Assembly (NCBI GenBank): GCA_965655095.1
Contig: OZ296648.1
Coordinates: 195,672,001-195,736,000 of the forward strand
Direction of reading: 5' to 3'
From: Haplodiscus bocki
Taxonomy: Eukaryota
Length of the DNA: 64,000 nucleotides
In this document: positions 47,801 through 62,800 of the stretch, in pieces
Numbering within the stretch: the first letter of the stretch is position 1
How the letters are laid out: each line of letters opens with the position of its first letter
Notes under the pieces: generated by a model
Told to the model about the DNA's origin: nothing
The model's database searches: none
Seen by the model: the letters and a program-made list of their open reading frames with translations, nothing else
Translations under genes and position numbers: made by a program

Positions 47801-50800
47801 AATTTCTCTGATAGACCAAAACGACTGACACGGATCTTTGTGGATAAAGAGGAAAAACTCCATGCAATTTAGCTAAAATTTAACAAAAGAGATCCTCTGA
47901 ATGACGCACTTGCACCAATGTAAAGTTTCACTTCGAAAATCTAGTGAAGAATGTAGCGTACTATGAGATAACTGTAACTATAAGTTCACTAACAAACAGA
48001 GATTATGTACAAAAAATTACTTTGATTTCTTGTGCGAGTAGCAGTTGAGGATTCAACTAACAGTGCGAATTCGATGATGAATGACTGAGTTTGGTTAGAG
48101 AGGTAAAAACAACGCTGAAACAGGAAAAAGAGGAGAATTTTGAGTGAACAGACACTCCAACGAATCATTTAGCAGATATTCTAAAGAATCAATTAAAACA
48201 CAGTTTCAAATACATAGATCAGAAGGCTTCCTTCTACAGTAAAGATCATGAGGATGCCTTATGAGTATTTGTGAAGTTTTTGAGGATATGCATCAGTGAA
48301 TAGACATTCACTTCAGTGAAGACAAACTTTCAAGAAAAGACATGAGTGATCCCGATTCTCAAGTTATGGAGGAGATGAGTATGACTTTCTCCTCAAATAA
48401 GCCTACGAATGGAAAACAGAATGAATTGTGTGAATTGTACTGCTGAAAAATTTTGAAGTGATTTTTTTATTAAATGCTTTGAAAAACAAAATAAACAAAT
48501 GACAAATAATCTTCCTGTATCCTATTTCCGGAAAAAAACATTTCTTCATCAGGGCCCCCTTTTTATATATTGTTAACATACCGATCCTTTGAAGAAGTTT
48601 TTTCCAGTTATGAGAAAAAAAGATGGACTGAGTTCCTGAACTGATTCTCTGCAAAAAAACTGAAAGATGTCTGTTTCTCTCTACGAAAAGCTAATGATTT
48701 CGAGGAAAATAATAATATTTGACACACAAGGAGGCCAAAAAATGACGATGTCATGAATAAAATTTATATGGACACCAAATTCAAATAAATAGTTGGATGG
48801 TTTATTTCCACAGGAAAGGCTTTCAGACGATGCAAATTGAAATGATTTTCCGGTTTTCATTATGAGGAAGGAAAGGAATATTCAAGGATCCTTGAAAGGG
48901 CTCCAACTTTTTTTAATCAATTTAGTTTTAGATTACGATTTTTCCTTGAAAAATGCAAAATGCTATTAAAGCAAATTTATAACTTCTCTATTATGCAGGA
49001 AAAGATGACATGAAAAGATACTAAAGATGAACTATTAGAAGGTTGTTTGTCTTTTAACACCATGGGAATTCCTTTGAATAAACCTAGTGAAATTTTTTTG
49101 TAAAGTTTTTTTTGTCTATACGTGGAATAAAACACCAAGCAACATCAAACATAAAGGCAGATCAAAAAATGTGTTCTTTTCTTGGAACTCTGTCTTTACT
49201 CTGCAAATCAAATCCAAGGAGAGCTAAAGCAGAGTAAATCCCACTGTGCATCATTTTGTTTCTAAATCTAAAACACCTAACACCATAAAAAAACCTTTTT
49301 GTAATTAGCACTCCTAAAATTGTATCGGGGCAGATTTTTTTTGTCCCTGGCCTGAAGAGATTTGAGAAATGGGGAATAGTCTGTGTTGTTTTTCTGTTTC
49401 TGAACAGCCATCAGCATTCGTAATATTTAAGACTCACTTCTCGGAGAAGAAGAAACCAAACTGAAAAAGCTACTTGTGGACATAAAAGCAAAAGTTTTTT
49501 GGGTTTTTTTGTAAAGCGTATCACTACAAACAAATTTCAAAAAAGTTAATTTTTGCTTCTTTTCTCACTATCAATAATATTATCATTATTTTTATTATTG
49601 TTAATATTTACCAATTTTTCCAAAATAGACTAAATTTTAGACGAAAAACAAGTTGTACCTACTTTTTTGAATCAAATTATTACTATGGATTCCTTTCAAT
49701 AACAAATTTCTACCAGATAAATTTAGTACTACACCCGAAAAAACACTTGAAAAACTGATGAAATTGATGGGTTTTTGACTTTTACCTCAAATTGAGGGAA
49801 AAATTTCAAGCTATCATAATCTGTGGAGAAATTTTGCAACTCAAGTAATTGGGTGGTGGAAAGTTAATTACAGCTCGGTGAAAAAGCACGAGAAGGGAAA
49901 GCTTCATTAGGGTTTTTACAAGTTTTCAGAAAATTGTTTTTCAGAATCTTGAAGAAAAAACTGTTCAGGGTTGATTACAAAGAAAATGAATTGAAAATTT
50001 CACTGATAGACCAAAACGACTGACACGGAACTTTGTGGATAAAGAGGAAAAACTCCATGCAATTTAGCTGAAATTTAACAAAAGAGATCCTCTAAATGAC
50101 GCACTTGCACCAATGTAAATTTTCACTTCAAAAATCTAGTGAAGAATGTAGCGTCCTATGAGATAACTGTAACTATATGTTCGTTAACAAACAGAGAATA
50201 TGTACAAAAAATTACTTTGATTTCTTGTGTGAGTAGCAGTTGAGGATTCAACTAACACTGCAAATTAGATGATGAATGACTGAGTTTGTTTAAAGAGGTA
50301 AAAACAACGCTGAAACAGGAAAAAGAAGAGAATTTTGAGTGAACATATAATCCAACGAATCATTTAGCAGATTTTCTAGAGAATCATTTAAAACACATCT
50401 TCAAATACATAGTTCAGAAGTCTTCCTTCGACAGTAAACATCATAGGGATGCCTTACAAGTATTTGTGAAGTTTTTGAGGATATGCATCAGTGAAAAGAC
50501 ATTCACTCTAAAGAAATCAAACTTTCAAAAAAAGACATAAGTGTTCCCGATTCTCAAGTTATGGAGGAGATGAGTATGACTTTCTCCTCAAATAAGCCTG
50601 CGAATGGAAAACAGAATGAATTGTGTGAATTGTACTGCTGAAAAATTTTAAAGCGATTTTTTTATTAAATGCTTTGAAAAACAAAATAAACAAATGACAA
50701 ATAATCTTCCAGTATCCTATTTCCCGAAAAAAACACTTCTTCATCAGGACCTCCTTTTTATATATTGTTAACATACCGATCCTTTGAAGAAGTTTTTTCC

Positions 50801-53800
50801 AGTTATGAGAAAAAAAGATGGACTGAGTTCCTGAACTGATTCTCTGCAAAAAAACTGAAAGATGTCTGTTTCTCTCTACGGAAAGCTAAGGATTTCGAGG
50901 AAAAAAATAATATTTGACACACAAGGAGGCCAAAAAATGACGATGTCATGAATAAATTTTATATGGACACCAAATTCAAATAAAAAGTTGGATGGTTTAT
51001 TTCCACAGCAAAGGCTTTCAGACGATGCAAATTGAAATGATTTTCCGGTTTTCATTATGAGGAAGGAAAAGAATATTCAAAGATCCTTGAAAGGGCTCCA
51101 ACTTTTTTTAATCAATTTAGTTTTAGATTACGATTATTCCCTAAAAAAGCAAAATGCTGTTAAAGCAAAATTACAACATCTCTATTATGCAGGAATAGAT
51201 GATAGAAAATGATACGAAAGATGAACTAATAAAAAGTTGCTTGTCTTTTAACACCATAGGAATTCCTATGAACAAACCTAGTGAAATTTTTTTTGTAAGA
51301 TCTTTTTATCAATACGTGGAATAAAACACCAAGCAACATCAAACATAAAGGCAGATCAAAAAATGTGTTCTTTTCTTGGAACTCAGTCTTTACTCTGCAA
51401 ATCAAATCCAAGGAGAGCTAAAGTAGGGTAAATCTCACTGTGCATCATTTTGTTTCTAAATCTAAAACACCTAACAACATAAAAAAACCTTTTTGTAATT
51501 AGCACTCCTAAAATTGTATGGGGGCAGATCTTTTTTGTCCCTGGCCTGAAGAGAATTGAGAAATCCGGAATAGTCTGTGTTGTTTTTTTGTTTCTGAACA
51601 GCCATCAGCATTCGTAATATTCAAGACTCACTTCTCGGAGAAGAGGAAACCAAACTGAGAAAGCTACTTGTGGACATAAAAGCAAAAGTTTTTTGAGTTT
51701 TTATGTAAAGCATATCACTACAAACAAATTTCAAAAAAGTTAGTTTTTGCTTCTTTTCTCACTATCAATAATATTATCATTATTTTTATTATTGTTAAAA
51801 TTTACCAGTTTTTCCAAAATAAAATAAATTTTAGAGGAAAAACAAGTTGTAGCTACTTTTTTGAGTCAAATTATTACTATGGATTCCTTTCAATAACAAA
51901 TTTCTACCAGATAAATTTAGTACTACACCCGAAACAACACTTGAAAAACTGATGAAATTCATCGGTTTTTGACTTTTGCCTCAAATTGAGGGAAAAATTT
52001 GAAGCTATCATAATCTGTGGAGAAATTTTGCAACTCAAGTAATTGGGTGGTGGAAAGTTAATTACAGCTCGGTGAAAAAGCACGAGAAGGGAAAGCTTCA
52101 TTAGGGTTTTTACAAGTTTTCGGAAAATTGTTTTTCAGAATCTTGAAGAAAAAACTGTTCAGGGTTGATTACAAAGAAAATGAATTGAAAATTTCACTGA
52201 TAGACCAAAACGACTGACACGGAACTTTGTGGATAAAGAGGAAAAACTCCATGCAATTTAGCTGAAATTTAACAAAAGAGATCCTCTAAATGACGCACTT
52301 GCACCAATGTAAAGTTTCACTTCAAAAATCTAGTGAAGAATGTAGCGTCCTATGAGATAACTGTAACTATATGTTCGTTAACAAACAGAGAATATGTACA
52401 AAAAATTACTTTGATTTCTTGTGTGAGTAGCAGTTGAGGATTCAACTAACACTGCAAATTAGATGATGAATGACTGAGTTTGTTTAAAGAGGTAAAAACA
52501 ACGCTGAAACAGGAAAAAGAAGAGAATTTTGAGTGAACATATAATCCAACGAATCATTTAGCAGATTTTCTAGAGAATCATTTAAAACACATCTTCAAAT
52601 ACATAGTTCAGAAGTCTTCCTTCGACAGTAAACATCATAGGGATGCCTTACAAGTATTTGTGAAGTTTTTGAGGATATGCATCAGTGAAAAGACATTCAC
52701 TATAAAGAAATCAAACTTTCAAGAAAAGACATAAGTGTTCCCGATTCTCAAGTTATGGAGGAGATGAGTATGACTTTCTCCTCAAATAAGCCTGCGAATG
52801 GAAAACAGAATGAATTGTGTGAATTGTACTGCTGAAAAATTTTGAAGCGATTTTTTTATTAAATGCTTTGAAAAACAAAATAAACAAATGACAAATAATC
52901 TTCCAGTATCCTATTTCCCGAAAAAAACACTTCTTCATCAGGACCTCCTTTTTATATATTGTTAACATACCGATCCTTTGAAGAAGTTTTTTCCAGTTAT
53001 GAGAAAAAAAGATGGACTGAGTTCCTGAACTGATTCTCTGCAAAAAAACTGAAAGATGTCTGTTTCTCTCTACGGAAAGCTAAGGATTTCGAGGAAAAAA
53101 ATAATATTTGACACACAAGGAGGCCAAAAAATGACGATGTCATGAATAAATTTTATATGGACACCAAATTCAAATAAAAAGTTGGATGGTTTATTTCCAC
53201 AGCAAAGGCTTTCAGACGATGCAAATTGAAATGATTTTCCGGTTTTCATTATGAGGAAGGAAAAGAATATTCAAAGATCCTTGAAAGGGCTCCAACTTTT
53301 TTTAATCAATTTAGTTTTAGATTACGATTATTCCCTAAAAAAGCAAAATGCTGTTAAAGCAAAATTACAACATCTCTATTATGCAGGAATAGATGATAGA
53401 AAATGATACGAAAGATGAACTAATAAAAAGTTGCTTGTCTTTTAACACCATAGGAATTCCTATGAACAAACCTAGTGAAATTTTTTTTGTAAGATCTTTT
53501 TATCAATACGTGGAATAAAACACCAAGCAACATCAAACATAAAGGCAGATCAAAAAATGTGTTCTTTTCTTGGAACTCAGTCTTTACTCTGCAAATCAAA
53601 TCCAAGGAGAGCTAAAGCAGGGTAAATCTCACTGTGCATCATTTTGTTTCTAAATCTAAAACACCTAACAACATAAAAAAAACCTTTTTGTAATTAGCAC
53701 TCCTAAAATTGTATGGGGGCAGATTTTTTTTGTCCCTGGCCTGAAGAGAATTGAGAAATCCGGAATAGTCTGTGTTGTTTTTTTGTTTCTGAACAGCCAT

Positions 53801-56800
53801 CAGCATTCGTAATATTCAAGACTCACTTCTCGGAGAAGAGGAAACCAAACTGAGAAAGCTACTTGTGGACATAAAAGCAAAAGTTTTTTGAGTTTTTATG
53901 TAAAGCATATCACTACAAACAAATTTCAAAAAAGTTAGTTTTTGCTTCTTTTCTCACTATCAATAATATTATCATTATTTTTATTATTGTTAAAATTTAC
54001 CAGTTTTTCCAAAATAAAATAAATTTTAGAGGAAAAACAAGTTGTAGCTACTTTTTTGAGTCAAATTATTACTATGGATTCCTTTCAATAACAAATTTCT
54101 ACCAGATAAATTTAGTACTACACCCGAAACAACACTTGAAAAACTGATGAAATTCATCGGTTTTTGACTTTTGCCTCAAATTGAGGGAAAAATTTGAAGC
54201 TATCATAATCTGTGGAGAAATTTTGCAACTCAAGTAATTGGGTGGTGGAAAGTTAATTACAGCTCGGTGAAAAAGCACGAGAAGGGAAAGCTTCATTAGG
54301 GTTTTTACAAGTTTTCAGAAAATTGTTTTTCAGAATCTTGAAGAAAAAACTGTTCAGGGTTGATTACAAAGAAAATGAATTGAAAATTTCACTGATAGAC
54401 CAAAACGACTGACACGGAACTTTGTGGATAAAGAGGAACAACTCCATGCAATTTAGCTGAAATTTAACAAAAGAGATCCTCTAAATGACGCACTTGCACC
54501 AATGTAAAGTTTCACTTCAAAAATCTAGTGAAGAATGTAGCGTCCTATGAGATAACTGTAACTATATGTTCGTTAACAAACAGAGAATATGTACAAAAAA
54601 TTACTTTGATTTCTTGTGTGAGTAGCAGTTGAGGATTCAACTAACACTGCAAATTAGATGATGAATGACTGAGTTTGTTTAAAGAGGTAAAAACAACGCT
54701 GAAACAGGAAAAAGAAGAGAATTTTGAGTGAACATATAATCCAACGAATCATTTAGCAGATTTTCTAGAGAATCATTTAAAACACATCTTCAAATACATA
54801 GTTCAGAAGTCTTCCTTCGACAGTAAACATCATAGGGATGCCTTACAAGTATTTGTGAAGTTTTTGAGGATATGCATCAGTGAAAAGACATTCACTATAA
54901 AGAAATCAAACTTTCAAGAAAAGACATAAGTGTTCCCGATTCTCAAGTTATGGAGGAGATGAGTATGACTTTCTCCTCAAATAAGCCTACGAATGGAAAA
55001 CAGAATGAATTGTGTGAATTGTACTGCTGAAAAACTTTGAAGCGATTTTTTTTATTAAATGGTTTGAAAAACAAAATAAACAAATGACAAATAATCTTCC
55101 TGTAGCCTATTTCCCGAAAAAAACACTTCTTCATCAGGTCCCCCTTTTTATATATTGTTAACATACCGATCCTTTGAAGAAGTTTTTTCCAATTATGAGA
55201 AAAAAAGATGGACTGAGTTCCTGAACTGATTCTCTGCAAAAAAACTAAAAGATGTCTGTTTCTCTCTACGAAAAGCTAATGAATTCGAGGAAAATAATAA
55301 TTTTTGACACACAAGGAGGCCAAAGAATGACGATGTCATGAATAAAATTTATATGGACACCAAATTCAAATAAATAGTTGGATGGTTTATTTCCGCAGCA
55401 AAGGCTTTCAGACGATGCAAATTGAAATGATTTTCTGGTTTTCATTATGAGGAAGGAAAGGAATATTCAAAGATCCTTGAAAATGCTTCAACTTTTTTAA
55501 TCAATTTAGTTTTAGATTACGATTATTCCCTAAAAAAGCAATATGCTGTTAAAGCAATTTTACAACATCTCTATTATGCAGGAATAGATGATAGAAAATG
55601 ATACGAAAGATGAACTAATAAAAGGTTGCTTGTCTTTTAACACCATAGGAATTCCTATGAACAAACCTAGTGAAAATTTTTTTGTAAGATCTTTTCATCA
55701 ATACGTGGAATAAAACACCAAGCAACATCGAACATAAAGGCAGATCAAAAAATGTGTTCTTTTCTTGGAACTCAGTCTTTACTCTGCAAATCAAATCCAA
55801 GGAGAGCTAAAGCAGTGTAAATCCCACTGTGCATCAATTTGTTTCTAAATCTAAAACACCTAACAACATAAAAAAAACCTTTTTGTAATTAGCACTCCTA
55901 AAATTGTATGGGGGCAGATTTTTTTTGTCCCTGGCCTGAAGAGAATTGAGAAATCCGGAATAGTCTGTGTTGTTTTTTTGTTTCTGAACAGCCATCAGCA
56001 TTCGTAATATTCAAGACTCACTTCTCGGAGAAGAGGAAACCAAACTGAGAAAGCTACTTGTGGACATAAAAGCAAAAGTTTTTTGAGTTTTTATGTAAAG
56101 CATATCACTACAAACAAATTTCAAAAAAGTTAGTTTTTGCTTCTTTTCTCACTATCAATAATATTATCATTATTTTTATTATTGTTAAAATTTACCAGTT
56201 TTTCCAAAATAAAATAAATTTTAGAGGAAAAACAAGTTGTAGCTACTTTTTTGAGTCAAATTATTACTATGGATTCCTTTCAATAACAAATTTCTACCAG
56301 ATAAATTTAGTACTACACCCGAAACAACACTTGAAAAACTGATGAAATTCATCGGTTTTTGACTTTTGCCTCAAATTGAGGGAAAAATTTGAAGCTATCA
56401 TAATCTGTGGAGAAATTTTGCAACTCAAGTAATTGGGTGGTGGAAAGTTAATTACAGCTCGGTGAAAAAGCACGAGAAGGGAAAGCTTCATTAGGGTTTT
56501 TACAAGTTTTCAGAAAATTGTTTTTCAGAATCTTGAAGAAAAAACTGTTCAGGGTTGATTACAAAGAAAATGAATTGAAAATTTCACTGATAGACCAAAA
56601 CGACTGACACGGAACTTTGTGGATAAAGAGGAAAAACTCCATGCAATTTAGCTGAAATTTAACAAAAGAGATCCTCTAAATGACGCACTTGCACCAATGT
56701 AAAGTTTCACTTCAAAAATCTAGTGAAGAATGTAGCGTCCTATGAGATAACTGTAACTATATGTTCGTTAACAAACAGAGAATATGTACAAAAAATTACT

Positions 56801-59800
56801 TTGATTTCTTGTGTGAGTAGCAGTTGAGGATTCAACTAACACTGCAAATTAGATGATGAATGACTGAGTTTGTTTAAAGAGGTAAAAACAACGCTGAAAC
56901 AGGAAAAAGAAGAGAATTTTGAGTGAACATATAATCCAACGAATCATTTAGCAGATTTTCTAGAGAATCATTTAAAACACATCTTCAAATACATAGTTCA
57001 GAAGTCTTCCTTCGACAGTAAACATCATAGGGATGCCTTACAAGTATTTGTGAAGTTTTTGAGGATATGCATCAGTGAAAAGACATTCACTATAAAGAAA
57101 TCAAACTTTCAAGAAAAGACATAAGTGTTCCCGATTCTCAAGTTATGGAGGAGATGAGTATGACTTTCTCCTCAAATAAGCCTACGAATGGAAAACAGAA
57201 TGAATTGTGTGAATTGTACTGCTGAAAAACTTTGAAGCGATTTTTTTTATTAAATGGTTTGAAAAACAAAATAAACAAATGACAAATAATCTTCCTGTAG
57301 CCTATTTCCCGAAAAAAACACTTCTTCATCAGGTCCCCCTTTTTATATATTGTTAACATACCGATCCTTTGAAGAAGTTTTTTCCAATTATGAGAAAAAA
57401 AGATGGACTGAGTTCCTGAACTGATTCTCTGCAAAAAAACTAAAAGATGTCTGTTTCTCTCTACGAAAAGCTAATGAATTCGAGGAAAATAATAATTTTT
57501 GACACACAAGGAGGCCAAAGAATGACGATGTCATGAATAAAATTTATATGGACACCAAATTCAAATAAATAGTTGGATGGTTTATTTCCGCAGCAAAGGC
57601 TTTCAGACGATGCAAATTGAAATGATTTTCTGGTTTTCATTATGAGGAAGGAAAGGAATATTCAAAGATCCTTGAAAATGCTTCAACTTTTTTAATCAAT
57701 TTAGTTTTAGATTACGATTATTCCCTAAAAAAGCAATATGCTGTTAAAGCAATTTTACAACATCTCTATTATGCAGGAATAGATGATAGAAAATGATACG
57801 AAAGATGAACTAATAAAAGGTTGCTTGTCTTTTAACACCATAGGAATTCCTATGAACAAACCTAGTGAAAATTTTTTTGTAAGATCTTTTCATCAATACG
57901 TGGAATAAAACACCAAGCAACATCGAACATAAAGGCAGATCAAAAAATGTGTTCTTTTCCTGGAACTCAGTCTTTACTCTGCAAATCAAATCCAAGGAGA
58001 GCTAAAGCAGTGTAAGTCCCACTGTGCATCATTTTGTTTCTAAATCTAAAACACCTAACAACATAAAAAAAACTTTTTGTAATTAGCACTCCTAAAACTG
58101 TATCGGGGCAGATTTTTTTGTCCCTGGCCTGAAGAGAATTGAGATCTCGAGAATAGTCTGAAAAGTTTGTCTGCTTCTGAACAGCCTTCGAGTACTACAA
58201 TAGCATTCGTAACATTTAGGACTCACTTCTCAGAGAAGAAGAAACCAAAATGAGAAAACTACTTGTGGACATAATAGCAAAAGTTTTTTGAGTTTTTATG
58301 TAAAGCTTATCACTACAAACATATTTCAAATGCGTTAGGTTTTGCTTTTTTTCTCACTATCAATATTATTATAATTATTTTTATTATTATTAATATTAAC
58401 CACTTTTTCAAAAATAAAATAACTATTAGAGGAAAATCAACTTGTAGCTACTTTTTTGAGTCGAATTATTACTATGGATTTCTTTTAAAAATCAATTCAC
58501 CACATAAAGTTAGTACTACACCAACAGAGACATTCGAAAATCTGATGAAATTTGTAGGTTTTTGACTCTTACTTCAAATTGAGGGAAGAATTTGAAGCTA
58601 TCATAATCTGTGGAGAAACTTTACAACTCAGGCAATTGGGTGGTGAAAAGTTAAATGCAGCTGGGTGAGAAAACGCGAGGAAAGGAAAGCTTCATGAGAG
58701 TTTTTGCAAGTTTTCACAAAAGCGTTTTTCAAAATCTTAGAGAAAAAAACTATTCAGGGTTGATTACAAAGAAAAAGAATTAAAAATTTCACTGATAGAC
58801 CAATAGGACAAAGAAGGAACTTTGCGGATGAAGATGAAAATCTCCGTGCAATTTAGTTCGATTTTAACAAAAGAGATCCTCATAATGACGCACTTGCACC
58901 AATGTAAAGTTCCACTGCAAAAATCTAGTGAAGAATGTAGCGTCTTATGAGAAAACTGTAACTAGAAATTCGTTAACAAACAGAGATTATGTACACAAAA
59001 AATGATTTTGATTTCCTGTGTGAGTAGCAGGTGAGGATTCAACTAACAGTGCAAATTAGATGATGAATGACTGAGTTTGTTTGAAGAGGTAAAAACAACG
59101 CTGAAACAGGAAAAAGAAGAGAATTTTGAGTGAATATATAATCCAACGAATCATTTAGCAGATTTTCTAGAGAATCATTTAAAACACAATTTCAAATACA
59201 TAGTTCAGAAGCCTTCCTTCTACAGTAAACATCATGAGGATGAGGATGCCTTATAAGTGTTTGTGAAGTTTTTGAGGATATGCATCAGTAAATAGACATT
59301 CCCTATAAGGAAATCAAACTTTCAAGAAAACACATAAGTGTTCCCGATTCTCAAGTTATGGAGGAGATGAGTATGACTTTCTCCTCAAATAAGCCTACGA
59401 ATGGAAAACAGAATGAATTGTGTGAATTGTACTGCTGAAAAAAAGAAGCGATTTTTTTCTCATTAAAGGCTTTGAAAAACAAAATGAACAAATGACAATT
59501 AATCTTCCTGTATACTATTTCCCGAAAAGAACTTCTTCATCATGGCCCCCTTCTTAATATATTGTTAATTTACCGATCTTTTGTAGAAATTTTTTCCAAT
59601 TATGAGAAAAATAGATGGACTGAGTTTCTGAACTGATTCTCTGCAAAAAACTAGAAGATGTCTGTCTCTCTCCACAAAAAGCTATTGATTTTGAGGAAAA
59701 CAAAATCATTTGACACATGAGGAGGCCAAAAAAAGACGATGTCAAGAATAAAGTTTATCTAGACACCAAATTCAAGTAAATGGTTGGATGGTTTATTTCC

Positions 59801-62800
59801 ACAGGAAAGGCTTTCGGACGATGCAAAGTGAAATGAGTTTCCGGTTTTGATTATGACGAAGGAAAGGAATATTCAAAGATCCTTGAAAGACCTTCAACTA
59901 CTTTTAATCAATTTTTTTTTGGATTGCGAGTTTTCCTTAAAAAATCCAATATGCTATTAATGCAATTTTACAACTTCTCTATTTTGCAGGAATAGATGAT
60001 AGAAATTGATACGAAATATGAACTATTAAAAAGTTGTTTGTCTTTTACCAACATAGGAATTCCTATGAATAAACCTATTGAAAAATTTTTGGTAAGGTTT
60101 TTTTATCAATACGTGGAATAAAACACCAAGCAACATCCAACATAAAGTCTGATAAAAAAATGTGTTCTTTTCTTGAAACTCAGTCTTTACTCTGAAGATC
60201 AAATCCAAGGAGAGATAAAACAGAGTAAATCCCACTGTGCATCATAGAGTTTCTAAATTTAAAACACTTAACAACATAAAAAAAACAATTTTGTAATTAG
60301 CACTCCTAAAATTGTTTCCGGGCAGATTCTTTTGTCCCTGGCCTGAAGAAAATTGAGAACTCGAGAATAGTCTGAAAAGTTTGTCTGCTTCTGAACAGCC
60401 TTCGAGTACTACAATAGCATTCGTAACATTTAGGACTCACTTCTCAGAGAAGAAGAAACCAAAATGAGAAAACTACTTGTGGACATAATAGCAAAAGTTT
60501 TTTGAGTTTTTATGTAAAGCTTGTCACTACAATTGTATTTCAAAAGTGTTAGTTTTTGCTTTTTTTTCTCACTATCAATATAATTATCCTTATTTTTGTT
60601 ATTATTATTATTAACCATTTTTTCAAAATTCAAAAAAAAATTAGAGGAAAAACAACTTGTAGCTACTTTTTTGAGTCGAATTTTTACTATGGATTTTTTA
60701 AATAAAAAATTTATCAGATAAAGTTAGTACTACACCAAAAGAGATATTTGAAAACCGGATGAACTTTGTAGGTTTTTGACTCTTACTTCAAATTGAAGGA
60801 AAAATTTGAAGCTATCATAATCTGTGGAGAAGTTTTACAACTCAGGCAATTGGGTGGTGCGAAATTAAATGCAACTGGGTGAGAAAACACGAGGAAGCGA
60901 AAGCCTCTTGAGAGTTTTAACAAATTTCCAGAAAATTGTTTTTTAAAATCTTAGAGATAAAACTGTTCAGGGTTGAATACATAGAAAATGAATTAAAAAC
61001 TTCACTGAAAGACCAATAGGACTGAGAAGGAACTTTGTGGATAGAGAGGAAGATCTCCATGCAATTTAGCCAGATTTTAACCAAAGAGATCCTCATAATG
61101 ACGCACTTGCACCAATGTAAAGTTCCACTGCAAAAATCTAGTGAAGAATGTAGCGTCTTATGAGAAAACTGTAACTAGAAGTTCGTTAACAAACAGAGAT
61201 TATGTACACAAAAAATGATTTTGATTTCCTGTGTGAGTAGCAGGTGAGGATTCAACTAACAGTGCAAATTAGATGATGAATGACTGAGTTTGTTTAAAGA
61301 GGTAAAAACAACGCTGAAACAGGAAAAAGAAGAGAATTTTAGTGAACATAAATTCCAACTAATCAGTTAGCAGATATTCTAGAGAATCATTTAAAACACA
61401 ATTTCAAATACATAGTTCAGAAGCCTTCCTTCTACAGTAAACATCATGAGGATGAGGATGCCTTATAAGTGTTTGTGAAGTTTTTGAGGATATGCATCAG
61501 TAAATAGACATTCCCTATAAGGAAATCAAACTTTCAAGAAAACACATAAGTGTTCCCGATTCTCAAGTTATGGAGGAGATGAGTATGACTTTCTCCTCAA
61601 ATAAGCCTACGAATGGAAAACAGAATGAATTGTGTGAATTGTACTGCTGAAAAAAAGAAGCGATTTTTTTCTCATTAAAGGCTTTGAAAAACAAAATGAA
61701 CAAATGACAATTAATCTTCCTGTATACTATTTCCCGAAAAGAACTTCTTCATCATGGCCCCCTTCTTAATATATTGTTAATTTACCGATCTTTTGTAGAA
61801 ATTTTTTCCAATTATGAGAAAAATAGATGGACTGAGTTTCTGAACTGATTCTCTGCAAAAAACTAGAAGATGTCTGTCTCTCTCCACAAAAAGCTATTGA
61901 TTTTGAGGAAAACAAAATCATTTGACACATGAGGAGGCCAAAAAAAGACGATGTCAAGAATAAAGTTTATCTAGACACCAAATTCAAGTAAATGGTTGGA
62001 TGGTTTATTTCCACAGGAAAGGCTTTCGGACGATGCAAAGTGAAATGAGTTTCCGGTTTTGATTATGACGAAGGAAAGGAATATTCAAAGATCCTTGAAA
62101 GAGCTTCAACTACTTTTAATCAATTTTTTTTTGGATTGCGAGTTTTCCTTAAAAAATCCAATATGCTATTAATGCAATTTTACAACTTCTCTATTTTGCA
62201 GGAATAGATGATAGAAATTGATACGAAATATGAACTATTAAAAAGTTGTTTGTCTTTTACCAACATAGGAATTCCTATGAATAAACCTATTGAAAAATTT
62301 TTGGTAAGGTTTTTTTATCAATACGTGGAATAAAACACCAAGCAACATCCAACATAAAGTCTGATCAAAAAATGTGTTCTTTTCTTGAAACTCAGTCTTT
62401 ACTCTGAAGATCAAATCCAAGGAGAGATAAAACAGAGTAAATCCCACTGTGCATCATAGAGTTTCTAAATTTAAAACACTTAACAACATAAAAAAAACAA
62501 TTTTGTAATTAGCACTCCTAAAATTGTTTCCGGGCAGATTCTTTTGTCCCTGGCCTGAAGAAAATTGAGAACTCGAGAATAGTCTGAAAAGTTTGTCTGC
62601 TTCTGAACAGCCTTCGAGTACTACAATAGCATTCGTAACATTTAGGACTCACTTCTCAGAGAAGAAGAAACCAAAATGAGAAAACTACTTGTGGACATAA
62701 TAGCAAAAGTTTTTTGAGTTTTTATGTAAAGCTTGTCACTACAATTGTATTTCAAAAGTGTTAGTTTTTGCTTTTTTTTCTCACTATCAATATAATTATC

